Assembly (NCBI GenBank): GCA_040755995.1
Contig: JBFMAF010000013.1
Location: 757-64,756 of the forward strand
Length of the DNA: 64,000 bases
DNA from: Acidobacteriota bacterium
GTDB taxonomy: Bacteria; Acidobacteriota; CAIWXX01
Reading direction: 5' to 3'
A model generated the notes under the pieces. That model did not search any database. It was not told where the DNA came from and was given only the letters and a program-made list of their open reading frames with translations. Positions 38,192-47,507 of this stretch are shown piece after piece; the stretch's first letter is position 1, and each line of letters begins with the position of its first letter. A program made the position numbers and the translations under genes.

Positions 38192-38610
38192 CTCCTATCG
38201 CCACCGCAGCTGCACGCCCGTTCGCTCGACTATCAATATACCACAATTGTCGTATGATCGATACCCGGTGATTACGCATCAGCTTTGCAGGGGAGCTTCC
38301 GAGATAGAGGTAGTGCGCCCGGGGGATCGGGTCGACGGCGCAACGGCGCGAATGGCCCTTCCCTTTCTCTGCGGCATATGCTATGATCCACTCCCTTATG
38401 GTTACCGCGTTCCGCACCGTGGTCGAAAGATAGGTTCCGATCCGCTCGTAACATTTCGAGTTCTCGATGCCAACCGCTCAGCCACGTGCCGCGAACGACA
38501 ACTCAAGTGCCGCGCAGTTCCGCGTGTACCTCGGCCTGGACACGGGGTTGTGGGATTGCGCCCAGTTCCACATTTCGATGCGGGCCAGGCCGCGTGCATG
38601 AGGTGAAGCG

Positions 38611-38877
38611 ATGGCTTACAAGACGCTGTACGTAGGCAACCTGTCCTACAGCGCAACCGAGCAGGACCTTAGGGACCTGTTCGCACAGTTCAACCCCGGT
38701 GAGATCCGGCTCATCGGCTCCAAGGGATTCGGCTTCGTGGATGTTCCATCTGAGAAGGTGGCCGAGGCCGTCTCCGCGACCAACATGAAGGAAGTCAGGG
38801 GCCGGGCGATTCGAGTCGACGAGGCGCGGCCTCGCCCCGAGAAGACCGGCGGCGGCCAGGGCCGTCACCGGGCCTAG
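38611..38877 (+). CDS. RRM-type RNA-binding protein
   Basis: RNP-2 LYVGNL and RNP-1 KGFGFVDV. 88 aa with a Gly/Arg-rich tail. Confidence 0.8.
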   Translation: MAYKTLYVGNLSYSATEQDLRDLFAQFNPGEIRLIGSKGFGFVDVPSEKVAEAVSATNMKEVRGRAIRVDEARPRPEKTGGGQGRHRA

Positions 38878-39015
38878 TCCCGAGCGACGAGACATAGACC
38901 GGAGCGTGAGGTCTGCGGGCACCGGTGTCGGTGCCCGCATGACCTGGCGCCGAGTGTGACTGCCTCCTGAGACGGGCGCGCCGGAGGCAGCCAAGCAGGT
39001 CTGGCAGGCGCCCAA

Positions 39016-39399
39016 GTGCCTGGCTGGCCCGTGTCGCGGACTGCGGCGTGGGGCTCGATCAGGTTTCCTGATGGCATCACACAGCAGAATCCCGTGAGGA
39101 CTCTCGTCCTCATCGCAGCGGCGCCGCCTCAGGTAGCCGTGACCGATGCCATGAGCTGTGCGGAGGCCGCCCTTGCGCGAGGCGACAGCACCTATCTTTA
39201 CCTCTATGACGAAGGCGTGCTGCTCGCCGACTCCGTGGCCGTGCAGAGCCTGGCGAATCGAGGAGCCCACGTTTACGCCTGCTTCGAGAGCTCGAGGCGG
39301 AGGCGAGTTGAGATCCGTTCGGAGCGAGTGCTCCTGAGCGGACTCGTGAGCCTGGCCGGTCTGATTGAAGGCTGCGATCGGCTGGAGGCGTTTACGTAG
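39016..39399 (+). CDS. DsrE/TusD-like sulfur-relay family protein
   Basis: TLVLIAAAPP...YLYLYDEGV...VYACFESSRRRRV matches the DsrE/TusD fold pattern with the conserved Cys. The true start is probably internal (GTG near 39095). Confidence 0.4.
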   Translation: MPGWPVSRTAAWGSIRFPDGITQQNPVRTLVLIAAAPPQVAVTDAMSCAEAALARGDSTYLYLYDEGVLLADSVAVQSLANRGAHVYACFESSRRRRVEIRSERVLLSGLVSLAGLIEGCDRLEAFT

Positions 39400-39402
39400 G
39401 CG

Positions 39403-39445
39403 GGAGACGAGAGACGAGAGACGAGAGACGGGAGAGGGGAGATGG
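39403..39445. repeat. purine-rich tandem heptamer (GAGACGA)x3-4 between the DsrE-like and DsrF-like genes
   Basis: GGGAGACGAGAGACGAGAGACGAGAGACGGGAGAGGGGAG read directly. It doubles as an extended Shine-Dalgarno-like tract. Confidence 0.75.
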
Positions 39446-39470
39446 TCCAGGCAGAGTGTGAGGGTCTATC

Positions 39471-39869
39471 TTGAAGGCTGTGGTGGTCGTTCTGCGGCTC
39501 GCTCCGTCTGAGACGCACCGATTCTCCGAGGCCGTCAGGCTTTGCGGCGGTCTGGCGGCCGGGGGGCTGGATGTCACGGTGATGTTCGAAGGCCCCGCCG
39601 TGCTCGCGCTGGACGAGCGGGCGCAGGAAGACCGAGGAAGTGAGATATCCGAGGCGCTCGGGCTGCTTGCCCAGGTCGGGCTTCGCATCTGCTACGACCC
39701 CGGCGAGGCGCGCACGTACGGAGTGCGCGTGGCTGGCTCGCCTGCCACGGACGCGCTCGATCGATCTCGGATGCGCGAGATTCTCGAACAGGCTCCGGGT
39801 CGCATCGTGTTTGACGCGCGCGACGAAGCCGGGCCAGGCACAGCAGCCGGCCCGGCGGCGTGGAGCTGA
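39471..39869 (+). CDS. DsrF/TusC-like sulfur-relay family protein
   Basis: MKAVVVVLRLAPSETHRFSEAVRLCGGLAAGGLDVTVMFEGPAV...RICYDPGEARTYGV parallels TusC/DsrF. TTG start. Confidence 0.4.
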   Translation: MKAVVVVLRLAPSETHRFSEAVRLCGGLAAGGLDVTVMFEGPAVLALDERAQEDRGSEISEALGLLAQVGLRICYDPGEARTYGVRVAGSPATDALDRSRMREILEQAPGRIVFDARDEAGPGTAAGPAAWS

Positions 39870-39953
39870 GATCGCCGGCAGTCGAGGCGCCGGCGGATGT
39901 GCGCCGGCGGCTCGACGTCGAAAGCGGCTGCGATATTCGGTCCCTGAGTCGAC

Positions 39954-41228
39954 CTACTGCGGTGTCACGAACGTCCCGTACACCTTGTAGCTGGTCTTGC
40001 TCACGAGCTGCGAATAGACCACCAGGTAGTTCTTGGCTACGGCATTGTAGACAACGTCGGCTTCGGCGTCGTGTGTCTTTGCCGAGGCGATCACGATGGA
40101 CTTGCCGCTGAGCGCTCCGGCGCTCGTCATGAACTGGGCGAAGAGGTCGAAGTTGGTCTCTTCCTCCGGTTTCTGCTGGGCCTCGTACACCATCAGGAAG
40201 TGGCCCTTGTCGATGTCGAATGCCGCAACCGGAGTCCCGGCGGTGTAGCCGTTGTAGAAGACCGAGACCGGCTTGGCTGCGGGATTGCCGGCAGAACCAA
40301 GGAGTCGCGATGTAACCCGTCCCTCGACTCTCTGCTTCTTCTCGATGTCGTCCCAGCCTGCCAGCCACTGGTGTGTTGTGAGATTCTCTGCGAAGCATGA
40401 GGCTCCAGACCTGGCGCCGAGCGTGGTCTGGTTCGTCTTGACCATCTTCCCTGCCAGCGAGCCGTCGTCCTTCAGCCCGTAGAACTCGACGTCCTGGTTC
40501 TTCGACTCGGCCGTAGAGATGACGTGATTCGTAAGAATGGCGTAGCGGTTGTTATACGCCTGCCAGCGGATGTGAAACCCCTGGAATCCGAGGTGAATGA
40601 GCCAGTCATCCTTGAGCTGGTAAGCCATCTTCGCCAGGAGTGCCTCGGACCCGATCGGCTTGGCGTCAGCATCGAGGAAGCGCGTGTAGAGCCCATCGGT
40701 CGTGTCGCTGTAGTTGCCGCCGTCCTTCGTGAGCAGGCCCTCCTTGGACCAAACCACGAGGTAGACATCGTCTATGGCGTTGTAAACGACGTCGGGCATC
40801 CAGTTCAACTTCTTGGATTCTCCGGCGAGCTTCAGCGTAGTTCCGACGGGACTCCCGTCTTTCTTGATGCGCTGAACGTAGATGCTCTGAGAGGATAGGC
40901 CCGTGCTGTAAGACTCCCAGACTACGAGATACTCGTTCGCTGTGCTGTTGAATGCGACGCCGTAGTGTGTGCCGACGGCCTTCTGGGTGAGGAGCTTCGG
41001 GCCCTTGGCGAATGTACCCGTCGCAGATGCGATCCGCCCGTACAACTTGTGGGCGAGCCGGTCGCCCCATACTATGAGGTACTGGTTGTCTGTAGTGTTC
41101 AGTGCCACCCGCGGGTGGCCATTTTGACCGCTGAGACCTCCTGAAACCAGAAACGCCGCCTCATCCTCCGCATACGCAATCCCCATGCTCAACAGCCAGA
41201 CGGCCAGGCATCCTGCAATTACTCTCAT
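39954..41228 (-). CDS. secreted repeat protein with periodic N.YLVVW beta-strand units (hypothetical, propeller-like)
   Basis: Signal peptide MRVIAGCLAVWLLSMGIAYA. At least 8 repeats of about 45 aa (NQYLIVWGD, NEYLVVWES, DVYLVVWSK, NRYAILTNH, HQWLAGWDD, GHFLMVYEA, KNYLVVYSQ). Confidence 0.5.
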   Translation of the reverse strand: MRVIAGCLAVWLLSMGIAYAEDEAAFLVSGGLSGQNGHPRVALNTTDNQYLIVWGDRLAHKLYGRIASATGTFAKGPKLLTQKAVGTHYGVAFNSTANEYLVVWESYSTGLSSQSIYVQRIKKDGSPVGTTLKLAGESKKLNWMPDVVYNAIDDVYLVVWSKEGLLTKDGGNYSDTTDGLYTRFLDADAKPIGSEALLAKMAYQLKDDWLIHLGFQGFHIRWQAYNNRYAILTNHVISTAESKNQDVEFYGLKDDGSLAGKMVKTNQTTLGARSGASCFAENLTTHQWLAGWDDIEKKQRVEGRVTSRLLGSAGNPAAKPVSVFYNGYTAGTPVAAFDIDKGHFLMVYEAQQKPEEETNFDLFAQFMTSAGALSGKSIVIASAKTHDAEADVVYNAVAKNYLVVYSQLVSKTSYKVYGTFVTPQ

Positions 41229-41308
41229 CGAGACATCTCCTTTCTTCGCCCATCCCTGGACAACCGGACGGGTCTCAGGGAGTATACACTGAAAAGCACG
41301 CTGGAGGG

Positions 41309-41352
41309 AGACTCTCCACTCTCTCTCTACTCGAGGCGAGGCCGCGCCTCGC
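41309..41352. repeat. dispersed composite element copy directly after the sulfatase stop
   Basis: GAGACTCTCCACTCTCTCTCTACTCGAGGCGAGGCCGCGCCTCGCTA. Confidence 0.55.
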
Positions 41353-41354
41353 TA

Positions 41355-43538
41355 CTAGTCCTGCTCCGCGCCCAGGTAACCCAGTGCCCGGAGCTCCTCG
41401 ACAGTCTCCCTGTCGAGGGTCCTGTGGAGCTCTTCGCGCGAAACCTTCAGGCGTCGCTCCGCCTCGCGCTGGTGCTGCCTCAGGAGGCTCGCCATGTAGG
41501 CCGCTCGCACAGGCTGCTCGCTGACCAGGTTCTTTCTTTCTGCGGGGTCGCGGGCAAGATCATACAGGCGGCAGTCGTCGGCGGTCCCTCGCGCTGTCCG
41601 ATCGAACATGATGAGCTTGTAGCGGCCCATGACAACGGAATGAATCTCGGCGTGCAGCTCCGTTTCGCTAAAGATTGGATACAGGCGGTCGAGAGCCCGC
41701 GCGGGGCTCCCGAGTACATCCAACAGGCTGCGTCCCTGCATGTGTGCGGGCACATGGTCTACCAGGGCTGCGAGGGTAGGAAAGATGTCGATCGTCTGGA
41801 CGGGCTGCTTCACATGGTGGGATTCGAAGGGCGCCGCCGGTTTCACGACCAGTGAAAGCCGTGTGAGCTCGTTGTACAGGCTGTGGCCGTGATAGTAGCC
41901 GTTGTGGTCCCTGAACTCCTCGCCGTGGTCCGCGATGAAGACGACGACGGTGTCATCGTAGCGGCCACGTTCCTTCAGCCCGCGGATCAGCCGTCCGAAG
42001 TGGTGATCCATGAGGGCTATCTCCGAGTCATAGAGCGACCGCATGTAGTCCAGCTCGACCTCATTCGGGACGTAGATCCTCCGGCGGAGGTTGTACATGT
42101 TCATCAACTTCATGTTCACCGAAACGCCCTTCGGCTTGCGGGCGAGAGTGTTGAAGGGGGCCGGTGCGAGCAAGTAGGGATAGTGGGGCTCCATCACATG
42201 GACGTAGATGAAGAACGGAGCCTGCTCCGCCTGCTCCAGGGCCGTCTCGACGAGCTCCGCCACACCCGCGCGCGGCATGAACCTGAAATCGTCGAACCCC
42301 TGTTCGTAGCCTCCACGGACTCCTATGCCCGTATTGGCCACGCATGCGGCGGTCCGGTAGCCGTGTTGCTGGAGGAACTCGGCGAGGGTCCCGAAGTTCG
42401 GGTGCAGCCGGTCGTTGTGCGTGCGGATACCGTGGGCCGAAGGATACTCGCCCGTGAAGAGCGAGGCCACGGCTGGGCTGGTCCACGAGCACTGAGTCCA
42501 TGCGTTGTCGAAAACCACTGCCTCCGAGCCGAACTTCTCCAGCTCGGGCGATGTCGGATAGGGGTAGCCGTAGAGCGAGAGATGGTCGCGCCTGAGCGTG
42601 TCGACCAGGAAGATGAGGATGTTCGGAGTCGAGCGCTTCGGGGTTTCAGGGTGCTCTCGGTGCTGGGCCGCGCGACGGACGAGCGCCAGCCGATTCCACG
42701 AGAGCCGCGCGCCGGGGTGGTCCGATCCGAACTGGGCCGAGATCCTGCTGGGCCTGCCGGCGAGCGATGAGAGATCGATCCGCCCCTGGAACTCGCGACG
42801 GCCGATCGTCCTGGCGGATTCCTGCCAGACCGCGTGCTTTGGCACTCCATCGAGCTCCACGTACAGCGCCGCCGAGCACTCCGCCTTCTCAGGCGATTCG
42901 ATTGAACAGCGGAACTCGAGTGTGTCTTCCTCGGGGAGTACCAGCCATGACACCTCTGAGTCATCGAGATGTTCGATCATGGCGGACGGCTTGTTCACGC
43001 GACGAATCGCGTTCTCAGCCTTGCCGACCTTGATGAAATCCAGAACAGCCCTGGGCCCCCCGCCCTCGTCCCGGTGGCACGGGAACTTCAGCTCCGCGAT
43101 GTTCCTGCCGCTCTCCACCAACTGCTGTGGGACGCGGAGGAAGTAGTTGGACTTCGAGCTCCCGATAAAGACGTTACCGGCGAACCGGTCGTTGACGCGG
43201 AGGACCGCCTCACACGCGGGAGATGCATAGCCGTGGAACACAATATCCAGGGCAGCCGGCCGGCTCACCTCGAAAGCGAACACGGCCTGACTCCGGTTGG
43301 GCGGTATCGTGAGCTCGTTGCGATCGCTGAGATCGAACCCTTCGACGAGCAGCTGCCTGACGGACTCATCGCCGGGACGCAGCATCGTCGTCGGGCTTGT
43401 CGCGGCGGGTTCATGAAGCAGCAGGTCCCGTTCTACGGTGTCCGGCCTTGTCTTGCAGTTATCCAGGTACAGGGCCGCGAGGCAAAGAGCAGGCAGTCCG
43501 ATGCGTCGACACAAGATCGCAAGTCTCTTTGCCAACAA
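41355..43538 (-). CDS. sulfatase (alkaline-phosphatase superfamily) with an N-terminal extension of about 300 aa
   Basis: The sulfatase core starts at NILIFLVDTLRRDHLSLYGY. The ORF-track start at 43736 would overlap rpmB and its promoter. The first plausible start is TTG 43538, giving LAKRLAILCRRIGLPALCLAALYL. The exact start is uncertain. Confidence 0.65.
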   Translation of the reverse strand: MLAKRLAILCRRIGLPALCLAALYLDNCKTRPDTVERDLLLHEPAATSPTTMLRPGDESVRQLLVEGFDLSDRNELTIPPNRSQAVFAFEVSRPAALDIVFHGYASPACEAVLRVNDRFAGNVFIGSSKSNYFLRVPQQLVESGRNIAELKFPCHRDEGGGPRAVLDFIKVGKAENAIRRVNKPSAMIEHLDDSEVSWLVLPEEDTLEFRCSIESPEKAECSAALYVELDGVPKHAVWQESARTIGRREFQGRIDLSSLAGRPSRISAQFGSDHPGARLSWNRLALVRRAAQHREHPETPKRSTPNILIFLVDTLRRDHLSLYGYPYPTSPELEKFGSEAVVFDNAWTQCSWTSPAVASLFTGEYPSAHGIRTHNDRLHPNFGTLAEFLQQHGYRTAACVANTGIGVRGGYEQGFDDFRFMPRAGVAELVETALEQAEQAPFFIYVHVMEPHYPYLLAPAPFNTLARKPKGVSVNMKLMNMYNLRRRIYVPNEVELDYMRSLYDSEIALMDHHFGRLIRGLKERGRYDDTVVVFIADHGEEFRDHNGYYHGHSLYNELTRLSLVVKPAAPFESHHVKQPVQTIDIFPTLAALVDHVPAHMQGRSLLDVLGSPARALDRLYPIFSETELHAEIHSVVMGRYKLIMFDRTARGTADDCRLYDLARDPAERKNLVSEQPVRAAYMASLLRQHQREAERRLKVSREELHRTLDRETVEELRALGYLGAEQD

Positions 43539-43668
43539 CCCAGGCGGCGTATCTCGCTGCAAGTTCCCCTCGTGAGAAAGTAGGATACCGCAGCGATCCG
43601 CTGAACTCAAGGAGTTGCACAAACGCACTGTATTCTGTATACTGACGCGTTTGAGATAGGGAGGAATC

Positions 43669-43863
43669 ATGGCAGCGAGATGCGAGATATGTGGAAAGGG
43701 TCCGATATATGGGAGTCGCGTCAGCCACGCCCACAACGTGACGAGCCGGCGGTACGAGCCGAATCTTCACCGCGTCAGGGCCTATCTCAACGGCGGCTAC
43801 CGGCACATGCGCGTGTGCACGCGCTGCCTGCGCAGCGGACTCGTCCAGAAGACCAAGAGCTGA
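43669..43863 (+). CDS. rpmB: 50S ribosomal protein L28
   Basis: MAARCEICGKGPIYGSRVSHAHNVTSRRYEPNLHRVRAYLNGG... matches the L28 N-terminal signature (CxxCGK..xxGNxVSHxxxxTxRRxxPNLQ). A TTGCAC-N17-TATACT promoter and a GGGAGG RBS lie upstream. Confidence 0.8.
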   Translation: MAARCEICGKGPIYGSRVSHAHNVTSRRYEPNLHRVRAYLNGGYRHMRVCTRCLRSGLVQKTKS

Positions 43864-43906
43864 GTCGCCGTCTGAACCAGGGCCGGCGGACGGCGGCGAC
43901 TCCGCG

Positions 43907-45655
43907 ATGGCACCTGCAGGTCTGCAATCCGGCGACATCGTTCCTGTCGGGGGCTCGCAGACATCCCTGTCTCGACACCGGGCTTACATCTATCTCGCTC
44001 TGATTGTGATCGGCGCCGCCGTCTGGCGCCTCCCACTCCTGCTGCGTGCCGACCGGTTCTTCACCTCCGACGAGGCGATCGTGGGACTTATGGCACGGCA
44101 CGTCCTGGAAGGCGACCTGCCTGTCTTCTTCTGGGGTCAGAGGTACATGGGCACCATCGAGTCGTTTCTTGCGGCGGGAGTCTTCAGCATCGCCGGGGAC
44201 TCCGTGCTGGCGCTCAAGCTCGTCCCGCTCCTCGTGTTCCTCGCCTTCCTACTCGCTCACTACGACCTGGCTTCATTGCTGTGCGGCAGCGAAGCAGCGC
44301 TGCTGTCAGTCCTGCTCCTGGCTGTCGGCACACCCGTGCTGTACTCCTGGAGCGCCCGGGCGATGGCAGGCTACATGGAGACGCTCCTGCTCGGCACACT
44401 CCTCCTGTCAACCATCGTCCGCTACGAGCGGGCGCCGTCACGAAGGTTGCTGTTTGCCGCCGGTGTGGTGGGAGGACTAGGGTGGTGGACAAGCCAGCTC
44501 GTGGCCTGCTTCGTGCTGGCGGGAGCCGTCTGGCTCGTTCGTGGCAGGATCCGGCGGGTCCGAATCCCGAGCTGGACCGAGGTGCGATCCTGGATCACGC
44601 TCAGCCCGATTGTCTCGTCTCTTCCCGTGGCTCTGCGTGCACTCCTGGTGAGCATGAACGTTCTTGCCGCGGTCTACCTGGGCCTCGGGGCGCTGGTCCT
44701 GCTGACTGGTGGCGGAGAGCTGAAATGGGGCCCACTGTACGCCAAGGCTACGGACGGTTGGAAGCTCGCAGGCTACGCGGGCTGTTGGGTGATAGTCGAG
44801 ACGGTGTTTCTGGCTATGCTGGTGCGTCGCGAGACGGCTCTGGCCGCTCTCCGCAGATACGGCCCGGTCGCCGTGGGATTCGTGATGGGCTACGCACCGG
44901 CGCTCTACGGGTGGCTCAAACTCGGCAGCAGCAGCGCTCAGTTGCAGAAGTTCTCTCTCCCGGAGCTGCTTGCGCGCCTGCCGGTGTTCTTCAGCGACAT
45001 CATACCGCTCGTGGCCGGAGGAAGCCTGCCGGACGGGCTGGGTCCCTCGTGGATGACCACGGCGGTGCTGCTGGGCCTGCTTCTCCCGGTAATCGCCGCC
45101 ACGGTCCGCGACAAGGCGGCGGCATTGCCCGCCCTGACTGCCGCCTCCACCATCGCCCTGCTTCTCTTCAGCGGCAACTTCAGCGATCTCAATTCGTACC
45201 GATACCTGCTCCCGATCTGCGCACCGATGTCCATCCTGTACGCCCGCGGAATCGGGAGATTCAAACCGGCGGCACTGAGGGTGGGCCTGGTTTCAGCACT
45301 GCTACTCATCTGGGGGTTGCAGGACCACCGCTACGTTGGAACGCTCGATCCCGATTTTGACACCGGGCGCATCGTTCAATGGCTGCGCTCCCGCAGCGTC
45401 GAATCCGGGTACGCGGACTACTGGATCGCATACCGCCTTGATTTCATTTCGAAGGAGGACCCGCTGCTGGCTCCGTACAAGTCGCAGGACCGGTACCCTC
45501 GGTACACCGAGAAGGCACGATCAGCGGGGGTTGCGGCCTATGTCTTCCATGTGGGCGATCCCATCTGGCCGAGATTCACTCGGGCAAAGCGACTGCTCAT
45601 CCGGGAGCAGGCCCTGATCGGCCGGCACCGCGTGTACCTGGTCTCACAAAGGTGA
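43907..45655 (+). CDS. ArnT/PMT-like glycosyltransferase (GT39/GT83 family) polytopic membrane protein
   Basis: The first loop DEAIVGLMARHVLEGDLPVFFWGQRYMG resembles the DE-containing catalytic loop of ArnT/PMT_2 proteins. About 12 TM segments. Confidence 0.6.
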   Translation: MAPAGLQSGDIVPVGGSQTSLSRHRAYIYLALIVIGAAVWRLPLLLRADRFFTSDEAIVGLMARHVLEGDLPVFFWGQRYMGTIESFLAAGVFSIAGDSVLALKLVPLLVFLAFLLAHYDLASLLCGSEAALLSVLLLAVGTPVLYSWSARAMAGYMETLLLGTLLLSTIVRYERAPSRRLLFAAGVVGGLGWWTSQLVACFVLAGAVWLVRGRIRRVRIPSWTEVRSWITLSPIVSSLPVALRALLVSMNVLAAVYLGLGALVLLTGGGELKWGPLYAKATDGWKLAGYAGCWVIVETVFLAMLVRRETALAALRRYGPVAVGFVMGYAPALYGWLKLGSSSAQLQKFSLPELLARLPVFFSDIIPLVAGGSLPDGLGPSWMTTAVLLGLLLPVIAATVRDKAAALPALTAASTIALLLFSGNFSDLNSYRYLLPICAPMSILYARGIGRFKPAALRVGLVSALLLIWGLQDHRYVGTLDPDFDTGRIVQWLRSRSVESGYADYWIAYRLDFISKEDPLLAPYKSQDRYPRYTEKARSAGVAAYVFHVGDPIWPRFTRAKRLLIREQALIGRHRVYLVSQR

Positions 45656-45712
45656 GTTGAGGAAACGGGGCGGCCTGCCCGGCCGCCCCTTGCGTTTGAC
45701 TCGGAGCCGGTT

Positions 45713-47269
45713 CTATTCCAGTGTGACCGAAACGTAGAGCTTGCTGCCGTCCCGCTCGACGCGGAGCAGCACCTCGTCGCCTGCCTTGGTGTGTGCCATC
45801 AGGTCGATCAGGTCCTGGGCATCATTGACCGGCTTGCGCTCCAGCTCGTGGATGATGTCGCCCCGCTGCAGCCCGGCCGTATCGGCCGGTCCGCCGGGAT
45901 CGACCTGGCTGATAACGGCGCCTGTGGTGCTATCGGTGCGGAGCCTCCTCTGGAGCTGCGGTGTCATGTCCTCAACGCCGATGCCCATTCTGCCGCCGCC
46001 GGTCTCCTTCTTCTCAGGCTCCGTGCTCCGTTCCTCCGGCAGGTCCCGCTCGCCGAGCGTCACCGTGACGCCCATGAGCTTGCCGTCACGGTAGAATTTG
46101 ACAGAGACCTGCTTCCCGACCGGAGTGGCCGTCACAAGCTGGACCAGCTGGTCCCGCGAGTCGATCTTCTTGCCGTCGAACTCCACGATGACATCGCCGT
46201 TCTTCATGCCGGCCTTGCCGGCGGGCGACCTGGGGTCGTTCACGTCCGCCACGAAAGCACCCTTGTCATCCTTGAGGTTGAAATTCCGGACCACTGCGGG
46301 CGTCACGTCCTGGACAGAGACTCCCAACCATCCGCGAACCACCTTCCCCTTGGACAGCAGCTGCTCGTAGACACCCTTGACCGTGTTTGCCGGGATCGAG
46401 AAGCCAATCCCTATGCTCCCCCCGTTAGGGTTGGTGGAGAAGATCGCAGTGTTCACGCCGATGACCTCGCCGCGCATGTTCACCAGCGGCCCGCCGCTGT
46501 TGCCCGGGTTGATCGATGCGTCCGTCTGAAGGAAGTTGTCGCTCAACGGCCCCATGCCGATCCCGCGCCCCTTCGCGCTGATGATCCCGGCCGTCACCGT
46601 CTGGGGGAGATCAAACGGCGATCCCATCGCCAACACCCAGTCGCCGACCTGGACCTCGTCCGAGTTGCCGAATCGCGCATATGGCAGCTCTTTGCCGGCG
46701 TCAATCTTGATCAGCGCGACATCGGTTGCCCGGTCCCTTCCGACCACAGACGCCGAGATCGTCCGCTTGTCGCTGGGCAGACGCACTTCTATCTTGTCCG
46801 CCTTTTCGACGACGTGGTTGTTCGTGAGGATGTACCCGCGCGAGTCGACGATGATGCCTGACCCGAGCGATTGCTGCGTGAACTGCTGCGAGTTCCCTTC
46901 GTCGCGGTCGCGCCGGTCGTCGTACCTGTACTCGCGATCCCTGTCGTCCCGACCGAACGGCCACATGTCTTCGCCCCCGAACCAGTTGAAGCCGTGTGGC
47001 AACCGCACCTTCGAGGACGTATTGATGTTGACTACCACCGGCATCACGGCGCTCGAGACGGCGTTGAATGTCGACGAGAGCTGTTGGGCCGATGGAAGCG
47101 TGCTCTGCTGCGGCTGCACCAGAGGCGTCATCGTTCCGCCTGCGGGCTCCGCCTTGCGTTCCTCCGCCCTCAGAGTGAACATCGACATCGTAAACGCGCC
47201 TCCGACCAGCAGGCCTATCAGCATCATCCCTGAAGCCAGCGCGTATAACTTCCGATTGAACCTTACCAT
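45713..47269 (-). CDS. HtrA/DegP-family periplasmic serine protease with two PDZ domains
   Basis: GGAGG RBS then ATG at 47269 (MVRFNRKLYA, TM anchor). Catalytic triad context HVVEKAD, DVALIKI, GNSGGPLVN. Two PDZ domains. Confidence 0.85.
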   Translation of the reverse strand: MVRFNRKLYALASGMMLIGLLVGGAFTMSMFTLRAEERKAEPAGGTMTPLVQPQQSTLPSAQQLSSTFNAVSSAVMPVVVNINTSSKVRLPHGFNWFGGEDMWPFGRDDRDREYRYDDRRDRDEGNSQQFTQQSLGSGIIVDSRGYILTNNHVVEKADKIEVRLPSDKRTISASVVGRDRATDVALIKIDAGKELPYARFGNSDEVQVGDWVLAMGSPFDLPQTVTAGIISAKGRGIGMGPLSDNFLQTDASINPGNSGGPLVNMRGEVIGVNTAIFSTNPNGGSIGIGFSIPANTVKGVYEQLLSKGKVVRGWLGVSVQDVTPAVVRNFNLKDDKGAFVADVNDPRSPAGKAGMKNGDVIVEFDGKKIDSRDQLVQLVTATPVGKQVSVKFYRDGKLMGVTVTLGERDLPEERSTEPEKKETGGGRMGIGVEDMTPQLQRRLRTDSTTGAVISQVDPGGPADTAGLQRGDIIHELERKPVNDAQDLIDLMAHTKAGDEVLLRVERDGSKLYVSVTLE

Positions 47270-47404
47270 CTTGCCAAACCTCCATTCATCGCCTGGGCTG
47301 CGACACAGGGCCGATGCTCTCCCACCGCTGCCCAGGTCCACCCTCGCTTCTTCATCATCCAATTCTAGCCATTCCACCGTTGAATACGCAATGCCAGCCG
47401 GACG

Positions 47405-47480
47405 AGTTGCAGCAAGACGCGGAGAACCGGGGGAACGGAGAATAGGAGAACCGGGGAGTCGGGGAAACGGAGAAACGGAG
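47405..47480. repeat. irregular GGAGAAC/CGGGGAA-type short tandem repeat tract
   Basis: GGAGAACCGGGGGAACGGAGAATAGGAGAACCGGGGAGTCGGGGAAACGGAGAAACGGAGAGGGGGAGAC lies between the htrA-like and transglutaminase genes. Confidence 0.6.
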
Positions 47481-47507
47481 AGGGGGAGACGCGGAGATGC
47501 GCGCGGG

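Noticed and set aside
38420-38452. Possible tRNA suggested by GGTTCCGATCC T-loop-like sequence
   Set aside because: No acceptor stem, anticodon arm or CCA-compatible 3' end could be assembled around it.
43459-43938. 159-aa minus ORF and the 43736 start of the sulfatase ORF overlapping rpmB
   Set aside because: rpmB has a clear promoter, a clear RBS and L28 signature on the plus strand. The overlapping minus-strand extensions are better explained by an over-extended ORF call.
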